A DNA stretch of 32,000 nucleotides from Bacteroides maternus. Its GTDB lineage: Bacteria; Bacteroidota; Bacteroidia; Bacteroidales; Bacteroidaceae. The notes under the pieces were generated by a model. That model was not told where the DNA came from. It made no database searches and saw only the letters and a list, made by a program, of their open reading frames with translations. Below, piece by piece: positions 8,017 to 20,799 of this stretch. Location: positions 1,019,967-1,051,966 of the forward strand of contig NZ_CP143867.1 in assembly GCF_036416795.1 (NCBI RefSeq). Reading direction: 5' to 3'. Both the position numbers and the translations under genes were made by a program. Position 1 is the stretch's first letter, and every line of letters starts with the position of its first letter.

Positions 8017-9567
8017 ATGAAAAAAGTAATATATATAGCCAGCCTTTGTTTTGCATCGCTCTTTGTGAGCTCTTGCGATGATCATCTAACCTTAGAATCT
8101 CCCGACCAGTTGACTTCGGGAAGTTTCTGGCGTAACGAAAGTGATGCACAAGCCGGAATATCGGCTGCATATTCGCAATTAGAATACTACATTGACACCT
8201 GGGAATTTGCCGAAGTTAAATGGCCGGTGGAAGCTTACCGTGAAGACATTATCAATATGGGTAACGATGCACGTAACTATCCCAACTGGTTGGAACTCTA
8301 CAATTTCACTTACACAAACGGTAACTCACAGTTCAGCAATTATTGGTGGAACAACTACAAAGGAGCCAGCTTTGCCAATCAGGTAATAGAGAAAGTGACA
8401 GAAATGGAAGAAGGAACTATCGACCCTACTGTCCGCACACAAATTATAAACGAAGGTTATTTTCTTCGTGCTTACTATCACCTTAAACTGCTTTTGAATT
8501 GGAAAGAAATTATCATCCGTGATAAGTATATCACCAGCCAGGCAGAATTAAGCAAAGGACTTTCACCGCGTCCCGATACCTGGGATTTTATTATAGAAGA
8601 TTTAAAGCGAGCCACTGCTCTCCCTTCTTCTTATGACAACGACAACATCGGTCGTGCCACCAGTGGGGCAGCCAATGCCTATTTAGGTTTTGCCTATCTG
8701 ACACGCGCTTATGAAGAATCTGACAAGAAGACAGAATATTTGAATGAGGCACTTACAGCACTAAACAATGTCAAGGGCTACGAACTGGTAAAGAAGTTTT
8801 CAAGTATGTTTGACGCCAGCAACAAAAACAGCAAAGAATCTATCTTTGAGTTGCAAACTTCCATGAGTAGCGCCAATGGTGCTAACTATCGCACTCAACT
8901 CCACCGTTGGATAGGTACATCCGAACTTTGGGGATGGGATGAGATTCTTCCGAGTAATGTATTGATGGAAGCGTACATGAAAGAAGGTGAGATTGCCACA
9001 ACCGGACGCTATGACTCACGCTTGTACGAGAGTGTATTCTTCCAATGTGATTATTTCAATGATGGAAGCGGACGTGTTTACGGAGGCGATTATGACAACT
9101 GGTTCTGTAGTTTCGATGAAAAGAATAACCCTATTCCTGGTACAAGTTACAACCGTCCTTCTTTCCGCAAGTTCATGCCCACCGACTATGATGGCTTATA
9201 CAATAATTATTGTGCCATCAACATTCCTTTGATGCGTTATGCCAATGTACTACTGATGAAGGCGGAAGTATTGAACGAGCAAGGACATCCCGAACAAGCC
9301 ATTCCACTGATTAATGAAATCAGAAATGTGCATGGAGACATGCCTGCTATGAAAGGAACTTCACAACAGGAGGTACGTGAGCAAATAGAACATGAACGCA
9401 TGATTGAATTCCCGCTGGAAAACTGGCGCTGGTATGATTTACGCCGTTGGGGCAAATTAGCTTCAGCACTGGCTGATGCAGGGCGCGCCGGCTTTAATGC
9501 AGAGAAGAATTCGTTCTATCCTATTCCGTTGACTGAAATCAATTCGAACGACCAAATTAACAAATAA
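8017..9567 (+). CDS. SusD/RagB-family surface lipoprotein
   Basis: Lipobox SLFVSSC followed by acidic DDHLTLESPD (surface-export type). C-terminal ERMIEFPLENWRWYDLRRWGK is typical of the SusD family. It sits directly after SusC. Confidence 0.92.
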   Translation: MKKVIYIASLCFASLFVSSCDDHLTLESPDQLTSGSFWRNESDAQAGISAAYSQLEYYIDTWEFAEVKWPVEAYREDIINMGNDARNYPNWLELYNFTYTNGNSQFSNYWWNNYKGASFANQVIEKVTEMEEGTIDPTVRTQIINEGYFLRAYYHLKLLLNWKEIIIRDKYITSQAELSKGLSPRPDTWDFIIEDLKRATALPSSYDNDNIGRATSGAANAYLGFAYLTRAYEESDKKTEYLNEALTALNNVKGYELVKKFSSMFDASNKNSKESIFELQTSMSSANGANYRTQLHRWIGTSELWGWDEILPSNVLMEAYMKEGEIATTGRYDSRLYESVFFQCDYFNDGSGRVYGGDYDNWFCSFDEKNNPIPGTSYNRPSFRKFMPTDYDGLYNNYCAINIPLMRYANVLLMKAEVLNEQGHPEQAIPLINEIRNVHGDMPAMKGTSQQEVREQIEHERMIEFPLENWRWYDLRRWGKLASALADAGRAGFNAEKNSFYPIPLTEINSNDQINK

Positions 9568-9595
9568 ATTCTCTCTTCATTCAATATGACATCCT

Positions 9596-9633
9596 GACGA
9601 GACGGTATTTACTTACAGTGATACCGCCTCGTT
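9596..9633 (+). terminator. Hairpin after the susD-like gene (possible terminator)
   Basis: GACGAGACGGTAT (9596-9608) pairs with ATACCGCCTCGT(T) (9621-9633) with one mismatch and a 12-nt loop. Only a weak T-rich tail (TATATTC) follows. Confidence 0.4.
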
Positions 9634-9647
9634 ATATTCAAATGAAT

Positions 9648-9655
9648 TATCTTTG
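9648..9655 (+). promoter_or_regulatory. Candidate -7 box TATCTTTG for the LysO-family genes
   Basis: Exact TAnnTTTG match 20 nt upstream of ATG 9676. Confidence 0.5.
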
Positions 9656-9675
9656 CCCTCAAAAACGACATAGAT

Positions 9676-9950
9676 ATGTTTACAATTATCGGACTGATGC
9701 TCACAGGAATGCTGCTGGGCTACCTCTTACGGAAACGGAATTTAAGTAAAATACATAAGGTTATCACAGTACTGATCTGGGTACTGCTCTTCATTCTCGG
9801 TATTGAAGTGGGAGGAAACGAGCAGATTATCAAAGGACTGCACACCATTGGCTTTGAAGCCGTCATACTCACCATAGGTGGAACTCTGGGAAGTGTGATT
9901 GCCGCTTGGGCACTGTGGAGAGCCTTATACAAACGGAAAGGAGGACAAGC

Positions 9951-9954
<4 letters not shown>
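9676..9954 (+). CDS. LysO (YbjE)-family exporter, N-terminal fragment as a separate polypeptide
   Basis: 92 aa with about 3 TM helices. The start MFTIIGLMLTGMLLGYLLRKR resembles the N-terminus of E. coli YbjE as I recall it. Its stop overlaps the next ATG (ATGA). Confidence 0.7.
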
Positions 9955-13737
<3,783 letters not shown>

Positions 13738-13791
13738 GAGATAAATGATAATTTATCACCTAAAAAGAAATCATTAATTATAAATTAGATC

Positions 13792-15720
13792 ATGCGACAC
13801 AAGTTTATACACATCATTTGTTTTACTCTGTTGGTTGCAGGTATCGCCGCCTGCACTCCCGGCAACAAAAACACTGCAGAGAAGCGGTATACCTTCAACA
13901 ATATATTGGATATCGCCTACACTCCCGATACCTTGCACCGCTGTTACGGCTGGTTCACAGATGCCGGCTCGTGGATGGGTTTCACTCTTCCCGAGAAAGA
14001 GAATTGGGTAAACGGTTTCTGCGGCCCGTTCAGTCTGGATATGTTCCGCCGCCAGTGGATGGCTCAATCCGCTGTTACGGTAGGTTTTAGTCAGAAAATC
14101 TCAGATACCTTTGTGCCTGACTCCACCTGTTACTATCCCGGAGAACTGTATATGTCCGCCCATTCCGGCAACGGAACTATCACCCAACGGCTTAACTTCG
14201 TAAGTGCCTCCACCGCATTGCTTCGTATAGAAGCCGACAAAGCGGAAGAACTGATGCTGACCGGTAGTCAATGGGGGAAGAATATAACCGTAAGCGTAGA
14301 GCAGAACTCTGTAATAGCCCGCCATCCCAGTGGAGAAAGCGTAACTGTAACGTTCCCTCCCGATGTGGCACTTACCGGAACGGATAACAATTATACCGCC
14401 CTTATCCACCCCTCTAAGTATCCCGTAAATGTAGCCATTTCCTTCTTCACCTCCGAAAAGGAAATGACAGCCGGATTACAGAACCTCCCCAACCTGCTCA
14501 ATAATCCCGAGAAAGCATTGCAGGCCAATGCCGAACGTTGGGAAGGATACCTGACGAAGATACTGCGTACCGACATGAAACCCGAATATGACCGCATCGC
14601 CGTGAAAGCCGTAACCACTCTTATCTCCAACTGGCGCACCCACCGTGGCGGTCTGTTGCACGAGGGAATCGTTCCAAGTCATGCAGCAAGCTACTTCGTA
14701 GGTTTCTGGGCATGGGACACCTGGCGTTTCAGTGCGGGGACTGCTAAGTTCGATCCTGAACTGGCAAAGAATAACATCCGCGCCATGTTCGATTATCAGC
14801 AACCGGACGGCATGGTAATCGACTGTATCTACACTGATCCATCCGAAAACAATGCGCGCGACAGCAAGCCACCCCTTGTATGTTGGGCTGTAGACAAGAT
14901 TTTCACGCATACAGGCGACACGGCTTTCGTTTCCGAGATGTATCCGCAACTGCTTTCTTATTATAAATGGTGGTATCAGAAACGCGACCATAACCATAAC
15001 GGTATGTGTGAATACGGCTCCACAGACGGTACTCTGGAAGCAGCCGCTTGGGAAAGCGGAATGGACAATGCCATCCGTTTTGACGATGCCATGATGTTGA
15101 AAAACGATGGAAGCGAAGATGCCTGGAGTATGGACCAGGAAAGTGTAGACCTGAACGCCTACCTGGCACTGGAATGTAAAATGCTGAAGAAGTTTGCCGG
15201 ATTACTGAATGTCCCATTCGACGGTCCTGACTATAGCGACAAAGTAGCCGATTATTTCTTTGATCCCAAACTCAACTTCTTCTTTGACCGCCGCCTGAAA
15301 GACGGTTCATTTATTGAAGAACCGGGATGCGAAGCCTATACTCCGCTGTGGACACAAATTGCCACGCAAGAACAGGTAGACAAGATGCTGCCCATGCTTC
15401 AAGATACAGCAAAGTTCTCAACGTATATTCCTTTCCCCACCATTGCCGCGGATAATCCCAAGTATAACCCACGCGGCTACTGGCGTGGTCCTATCTGGCT
15501 GGATCAAACTTACTTTGCCATCCGCGGACTCCGCAACTACGGTTATCATAAGCTCGCCGATGAATATACCTTGCAGGTATTCGACCGCCTGAACGGACTG
15601 AAAGAAGGAGCGCCCGTCCACGAGAACTACGGCACTCACACCGGAGAGCGACTAAAAGCACCGCATTTTAGTTGGAGTTCCTCCCATCTGCTGATGATGT
15701 ACGATGATTACGGAAAGTAA
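13792..15720 (+). CDS. GH63-like / MGH1-like (alpha/alpha)6-barrel glycoside hydrolase, lipoprotein
   Basis: Lipobox LLVAGIAAC. Motifs GFWAWDTWRFS and GYWRGPIWLDQTYFAIRGL resemble the WRGP(I/V)W region of clan GH-G enzymes (GH63/GH37). The family call is from memory of motifs, not a search. Confidence 0.7.
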   Translation: MRHKFIHIICFTLLVAGIAACTPGNKNTAEKRYTFNNILDIAYTPDTLHRCYGWFTDAGSWMGFTLPEKENWVNGFCGPFSLDMFRRQWMAQSAVTVGFSQKISDTFVPDSTCYYPGELYMSAHSGNGTITQRLNFVSASTALLRIEADKAEELMLTGSQWGKNITVSVEQNSVIARHPSGESVTVTFPPDVALTGTDNNYTALIHPSKYPVNVAISFFTSEKEMTAGLQNLPNLLNNPEKALQANAERWEGYLTKILRTDMKPEYDRIAVKAVTTLISNWRTHRGGLLHEGIVPSHAASYFVGFWAWDTWRFSAGTAKFDPELAKNNIRAMFDYQQPDGMVIDCIYTDPSENNARDSKPPLVCWAVDKIFTHTGDTAFVSEMYPQLLSYYKWWYQKRDHNHNGMCEYGSTDGTLEAAAWESGMDNAIRFDDAMMLKNDGSEDAWSMDQESVDLNAYLALECKMLKKFAGLLNVPFDGPDYSDKVADYFFDPKLNFFFDRRLKDGSFIEEPGCEAYTPLWTQIATQEQVDKMLPMLQDTAKFSTYIPFPTIAADNPKYNPRGYWRGPIWLDQTYFAIRGLRNYGYHKLADEYTLQVFDRLNGLKEGAPVHENYGTHTGERLKAPHFSWSSSHLLMMYDDYGK

Positions 15721-15729
15721 TTCCTGCGT

Positions 15730-15761
15730 GAGGGATAGCTTTCCTTGGAAATCTATCCCTC
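15730..15761 (+). terminator. 9-bp perfect hairpin after the GH63-like gene (possible terminator)
   Basis: GAGGGATAG (15730-15738) and CTATCCCTC (15753-15761) with a 14-nt loop. No clear T tract follows. Confidence 0.3.
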
Positions 15762-15874
15762 TATGATTTCATAGCTACGCTAATATTGTTTTGGAAAATG
15801 TCACTTATGTCTCAGAATGCTGCACCGGCAGTATTTTGTTGTTTTATAATGATGTAGGTAATGGTTGAATGTTC

Positions 15875-15882
15875 TACATTTG
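15875..15882 (+). promoter_or_regulatory. Candidate -7 box TACATTTG for the heparinase II-like gene
   Basis: Exact TAnnTTTG match 75 nt upstream of ATG 15957. Confidence 0.45.
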
Positions 15883-15956
15883 TAAACAGAGTATATGGTT
15901 TTCGCACCGTATATCATGCATGAACCAGTATTTTATTAATCTATAAAACAGCAACC

Positions 15957-18272
15957 ATGAAGAAAAATTTTCTTTTAGCAGCGAGTTTTTTCTTCATCTT
16001 TTGTCTGGAAGCCGGTGCTCAGAAAAGAGATGAAGTAACCTGGGAGAAATTCGAGGACATCACCATCCCCATTCCTCCCTCAACTCACCCCCGACTCTAT
16101 GTACGTCCCGCCAATTTACCGGATTTAAAGAAACGGATGGATCACCCGCAAGTAAAAGCAAATCTGGCAACCTTGCGTAAACTTGGCATAGACCGCACCG
16201 CAGAGGAAGAGGCAAAAGTAACCGACAGAGGCTTCCGCTACTACTTCGAGATGCGGGGAGTAACCAGCCGTGTACAAGTACAAGCTCTCGACTATCTGGT
16301 ATATGGTGACAAGAAGCAAGCCAGACGCGCCATCACTTCCATGCTCGATTCATTACAGCATACCAATTTCGGAACCAAACAAGACTTATCGCGCGCCAGC
16401 GGAGTCATGCTGATGTGCGGCGCAATGGTATATGACTGGTGCTACGACCAGATGAAAGAATCGGAAAAGAAAGCATATATAGAATCGTTCATCCGAATCT
16501 CCAAGACCATGGAATGCGGTTATCCACCCAAAAATAACGAACCCATAGCCGGACACTCTTCCGAATGGATGATCTTGCGGGACATGCTTTCAGCCGGTAT
16601 TGCTATCTACGACGAATATCCGGATATGTACCTCCATGTCATCCGAATGTTGTACAAGGATTACTTGCCGGTAAGAAATTACATCTATTCCGGCCATAAT
16701 TATCATCAGGGAACAAGTTATGTCAATGTGCGTTTCAGCAATGACCTGTTCTCCTTATGGATTCTGGATCGTATGGGAGCCGGCGCAATCTACAATCCCG
16801 CGCAACAATTCGTACCATACGACTTCCTGTACCGCCGTCGTCCGGACGGACAAGTAATGCCCGCAGGCGATACGAATCCTAACAAAAGGAACATTCCTTC
16901 TTACTCCCTGCCCGCCATGCTCGCTTCCAGTTTCTATAAAGACAATTATCTGGCTTACGAATACGAACTCAAACCCAAGTTAGAAAGCCACTGCCTCATC
17001 TTCGAGATACTGTGGAGAGATTTTGATTTGAAAGCCAAGGCTCCTGATGACTTGCCGCTGACCCGATACTCAGGCTCACCTTTCGGGTGGATGATAGCGC
17101 GTACAGGATGGGACAAAAACAGCGTGATTGCCGAAATGAAAATCAATGAACAATTCTTTGGTAACCATCAACACATGGACGGTGGTTCGTTTCAACTTTA
17201 TTATAAAGGCCCGTTGGCAATAGATGCCGGAGCTTACCAAGGAAGTTCCGGCGGATATAACAGCCCGCACAACAAAAATTTCTTCAAACGTACCATTGCC
17301 CATAACTCATTGTTAGTATACAACCCGAACGAGAAATTTGCCAGCTGGAATTATGGCGGACAAGATAAAACGGAATTTGCCGATAATGACGGTGGACAAC
17401 GCATGCCGGGCGACCGCTGGGAAACCTGCCGCTCTTTTAAAGATTTATTAAGCAAGGAATATACTACAGGTAAAGTCCTGGGACATGGTTTCGGCCCCGA
17501 TGCCAATAAACCTGACTATTCTTATCTGAAAGGTGACATCACGCAAGCCTATACAGACAAGGTAAAAGAAGCGAAACGCTCTTTTGTTTTCCTCAACCTG
17601 CACGCTACCGAAGTGCCTGCCGCCTTAATTGTGTTTGATAAAGTAGTCTCTGCCGACCCTCAGTTCAAGAAGTTCTGGCTACTGCACAGTATAGAAGAGC
17701 CGATAATAGAAAGTAACCGTTTCACCGTCAAACGCACCAAAAACGAAGACACCGGCATGTTACAGAATCAAGTGTTGCTCCCCGAAATTCAAGATGCACG
17801 GATAGAGAAAATCGGTGGAAAAGGAAAAGAATTTTGGGTATTCGGCACCAATTATGCCAACGATGCCATGCCGAGACGTCCCGACGACGCCAACGAAAGA
17901 GGCGCATGGCGTATAGAAATATCACCTGCAACCGCTACTGCCGAAAATTACTTTCTGAATGTAATGCAAGTAGCTGACAACACCTGTCTGCAAATGAATG
18001 AAGTAAAACGCATCGACGCAGATAAAATAGTAGGCGTACAGATAGCCGACCGCGTCGTCACCTTCAGCAAAAACAGCCAGCCGCTGCCCGGTAAATTTAA
18101 TTTCACGGTAAGTGGCGGCCAAACTATGAAGTTTGTCATTACCGACCTTATTCCGGGAACCTGGCAAATTAAGAAAGACGGCAAGGTATATATTCCCGCA
18201 CTGGAAGTTCGTACAGACGATGGTATCCTTTCTTTTGAAGGTACTGCCGGACGGTATGAATTTCTTCGATAA
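15957..18272 (+). CDS. Heparinase II-like polysaccharide lyase (PL21-type), periplasmic
   Basis: 771 aa, collinear from end to end with Pedobacter heparinus heparinase II (772 aa) as I recall it. Shared blocks include PPSTHPRLY, GHSSEWMILRD, HNYHQGTSY, NHQHMDGGSFQLYYKGPLAIDAGAY, SSGGYNSPHNKNFFKRTIAHNSLL, GGKGKEFWVFGTNY and a C-terminal YEFLR. Type I signal peptide ends EAGA|QK. Confidence 0.88.
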   Translation: MKKNFLLAASFFFIFCLEAGAQKRDEVTWEKFEDITIPIPPSTHPRLYVRPANLPDLKKRMDHPQVKANLATLRKLGIDRTAEEEAKVTDRGFRYYFEMRGVTSRVQVQALDYLVYGDKKQARRAITSMLDSLQHTNFGTKQDLSRASGVMLMCGAMVYDWCYDQMKESEKKAYIESFIRISKTMECGYPPKNNEPIAGHSSEWMILRDMLSAGIAIYDEYPDMYLHVIRMLYKDYLPVRNYIYSGHNYHQGTSYVNVRFSNDLFSLWILDRMGAGAIYNPAQQFVPYDFLYRRRPDGQVMPAGDTNPNKRNIPSYSLPAMLASSFYKDNYLAYEYELKPKLESHCLIFEILWRDFDLKAKAPDDLPLTRYSGSPFGWMIARTGWDKNSVIAEMKINEQFFGNHQHMDGGSFQLYYKGPLAIDAGAYQGSSGGYNSPHNKNFFKRTIAHNSLLVYNPNEKFASWNYGGQDKTEFADNDGGQRMPGDRWETCRSFKDLLSKEYTTGKVLGHGFGPDANKPDYSYLKGDITQAYTDKVKEAKRSFVFLNLHATEVPAALIVFDKVVSADPQFKKFWLLHSIEEPIIESNRFTVKRTKNEDTGMLQNQVLLPEIQDARIEKIGGKGKEFWVFGTNYANDAMPRRPDDANERGAWRIEISPATATAENYFLNVMQVADNTCLQMNEVKRIDADKIVGVQIADRVVTFSKNSQPLPGKFNFTVSGGQTMKFVITDLIPGTWQIKKDGKVYIPALEVRTDDGILSFEGTAGRYEFLR

Positions 18273-18277
18273 AAAGA

Positions 18278-18319
18278 AAGCCATCTGTCAATGTAGAAGA
18301 AGTCATTGACAGATGGCTT
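18278..18319. terminator. Bidirectional rho-independent-type terminator between convergent genes
   Basis: Perfect 16-bp stem AAGCCATCTGTCAATG (18278-18293) / CATTGACAGATGGCTT (18304-18319) with a 10-nt loop. ATTTATT follows on the plus strand and TTCTTTTT follows on the minus strand. Confidence 0.85.
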
Positions 18320-18361
18320 ATTTATTAAGTTTCCTCACCCCCGTTTTTCAGGCAACTTTCC

Positions 18362-20566
18362 TTAGAAGAGACTCCACGCAACCGTCAGTCCGGCCATCAC
18401 AATAGCTACCATACTCATCAGCTTGATAAGTATATTCAAACTCGGACCGGAAGTATCTTTGAATGGGTCACCTACCGTATCGCCTACCACAGTAGCTTTA
18501 TGTACTTCGCTACCCTTACCGCCAAAGTTACCTTCTTCCACATATTTCTTTGCATTATCCCATGCACCGCCCGCATTCGCCATAAAGATGGCAAGGACGA
18601 AGCCGCTACTCAACCCACCGATCAGCAAACCCAGAACACCGGGAACGCCAAAGATAAGTCCCGTTGCAATCGGAGCAATAATGGCTATCAGTGAAGGAAC
18701 CACCATCTCACGCTGTGCCCCTTTTGTAGAGATAGCCACACAACGCTCGTAATCCGGTTCTGTTTCACCGGTAAGAATACCCTTGATTTCACGGAACTGA
18801 CGGCGCACTTCGTCCACCATGTGAGCAGCAGCACGACCAACAGCGTTCATTGTCAATCCGCAGAAGAGGAATGCCATCATACTACCCAGGAACATACCCG
18901 AAAGAACCTTCGGATTCATCAACGTCACATCATAATGATGCATGAAGTCAAAGAAAGTGGCATCCTGGAGACCCACGGCATCCCCATGAGGAAGTGTTAA
19001 TTCCGTAGTTCCCAAACGAGTCAGTCCGATACGGATTTCTTCAATATAAGAGGCAAGCAGGGCAAGTCCCGTAAGTGCAGCCGAACCAATGGCAAACCCC
19101 TTTCCGGTAGCGGCAGTAGTATTACCCAAAGAGTCGAGAGCATCCGTACGTTTACGTACTTCCGCACCCAGACCGGACATCTCAGCGTTACCACCGGCAT
19201 TGTCGGCAATAGGACCGTAAGCATCCGTAGCAAGCGTGATACCCAAGGTAGAAAGCATACCTACGGCAGCAATACCGATACCGTAAAGTCCCATGCCTAC
19301 ATTATTGAAATCGAACCCCGATGCAAACAGGTAGGAAGCAATGATACCGACTACCACAGCAATCACAGGAATCGCAGTAGACAGCATACCCAAACCGATA
19401 CCGGAGATAATTACCGTAGCCGGGCCAGTCTTTCCGCTTTCGCTCAACTTCTGAGTAGGACGGTAAGATTGTGAGGTATAGTATTCTGTAGAACGTCCGA
19501 TGATGATGCCAACTACCAGACCGACTATAACGGCACAAGATATCCACATCCAGTTATCAAGTTTCAATAGCCAAAGAATAAAGAAAGCAGCCACTACAAT
19601 CAGCACTGAACTCAGGTTCGTACCGAAAGCCAACGAAGCGAGCAGGTCTTTCATCTTCGCATTCTCCTTGGTACGTACTGCGAAGATACCGATAATAGAA
19701 AGAAGAATACCTACGGCTGCAATCAGCATCGGAGCTATAACAGCTTTGAATTGCATGGCCGTATCTCCCGTATGAATAAAGGCAGCGGCACCCAGAGCGG
19801 CAGTTGCCAGGATAGAGCCACAATAGCTTTCATAGAGGTCTGCACCCATACCGGCTACATCGCCTACGTTGTCACCTACATTATCGGCAATCGTTGCAGG
19901 GTTACGAGGGTCATCTTCGGGAATACCGGCCTCAACCTTACCTACCAGGTCAGCGCCTACATCGGCAGCTTTCGTATAAATACCTCCACCTACACGGGCA
20001 AAGAGCGCTTGTGTAGAAGCACCCATTCCGAAAGTAAGCATGGTGGTAGTGATGATACAGAGTTTATGAGTCGGAGTCAAAACATCTTCCGGTATAACCG
20101 CATTCAATAACAGGTACCAGAAAGAGATGTCGAGCAAGCCCAAGCCCACTACAACCAGTCCCATTACCGCACCGCTACGGAAAGCAACACGCAATCCTGC
20201 ATTCAGTGAATCACGGGCAGCATTTGCCGTACGTGCCGAAGCATACGTTGCCGTCTTCATACCGAGAAATCCGGAAAGTCCGGAGAAGAAACCACCCGTC
20301 AGGAAGGCAATCGGTACCCAGTGATTTTGTACATCGAAACCGTATGCCATAATAGAGAAAAGGATCACAAGTCCCAGAAATACCCAGCCAACTATCTTAT
20401 ACTGTTGTTTCAGATAAGACATCGCGCCTTTACGCACAGCAGCGGCAATCTTTATCATTTGCGGAGTACCCTCACTCTCTTTCATCATTTGCTTATGGAA
20501 ATAGTAAGCAAAGCAGAGAGCTAAAACGGAAGCGGCCGGAATCAGCCAGAAAAGCAAACTGTCCAT
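18362..20566 (-). CDS. hppA: Membrane-integral pyrophosphatase, K+-dependent type (Na+ and/or H+ translocating)
   Basis: 734 aa, highly hydrophobic. Motifs [19 protein letters not shown] and [18 protein letters not shown] are present. The Ala in GNTTAA marks the K+-dependent subfamily. Confidence 0.95.
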   Translation of the reverse strand: MDSLLFWLIPAASVLALCFAYYFHKQMMKESEGTPQMIKIAAAVRKGAMSYLKQQYKIVGWVFLGLVILFSIMAYGFDVQNHWVPIAFLTGGFFSGLSGFLGMKTATYASARTANAARDSLNAGLRVAFRSGAVMGLVVVGLGLLDISFWYLLLNAVIPEDVLTPTHKLCIITTTMLTFGMGASTQALFARVGGGIYTKAADVGADLVGKVEAGIPEDDPRNPATIADNVGDNVGDVAGMGADLYESYCGSILATAALGAAAFIHTGDTAMQFKAVIAPMLIAAVGILLSIIGIFAVRTKENAKMKDLLASLAFGTNLSSVLIVVAAFFILWLLKLDNWMWISCAVIVGLVVGIIIGRSTEYYTSQSYRPTQKLSESGKTGPATVIISGIGLGMLSTAIPVIAVVVGIIASYLFASGFDFNNVGMGLYGIGIAAVGMLSTLGITLATDAYGPIADNAGGNAEMSGLGAEVRKRTDALDSLGNTTAATGKGFAIGSAALTGLALLASYIEEIRIGLTRLGTTELTLPHGDAVGLQDATFFDFMHHYDVTLMNPKVLSGMFLGSMMAFLFCGLTMNAVGRAAAHMVDEVRRQFREIKGILTGETEPDYERCVAISTKGAQREMVVPSLIAIIAPIATGLIFGVPGVLGLLIGGLSSGFVLAIFMANAGGAWDNAKKYVEEGNFGGKGSEVHKATVVGDTVGDPFKDTSGPSLNILIKLMSMVAIVMAGLTVAWSLF

Positions 20567-20767
20567 GGTGTTATTCGTATTAAAAGGTTGATTGAAAGTC
20601 TAAAAGTATTGATTTGAAACGAAATAAACAAAAAATAAATAGAATTATTTGCTTTTAAACTATATGATCTACTTTCATCACAGCTCATACAACTCACATA
20701 AACTATGCCCCAACCCTATATTTTCATACAAAAGAAGAGTTAGTTACATAAATAACAAAATAATTAC

Positions 20768-20775
20768 TACATTTG
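20768..20775 (+). promoter_or_regulatory. Candidate -7 box TACATTTG for the HTCS gene
   Basis: Exact TAnnTTTG match 25 nt upstream of ATG 20800. Confidence 0.55.
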
Positions 20776-20799
20776 CTTGCTATATAAAAAAAGAACCTT

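Noticed and set aside
13740-13757. GATAAAT-GATA-ATTTATC hairpin after the GH2 gene as a terminator
   Set aside because: It is only 7 bp, almost entirely A/T pairs, with a 4-nt loop and no T tract, so it is too weak to call. GH2 and the next gene are more likely co-transcribed.
15798-15857. 19-codon small ORF (MSLMSQNAAPAVFCCFIMM) in the gap before the lyase gene
   Set aside because: It has no supporting exact promoter box and lies upstream of the predicted lyase promoter. An ORF this short is expected by chance, and nothing can be concluded without ribosome profiling or conservation data.
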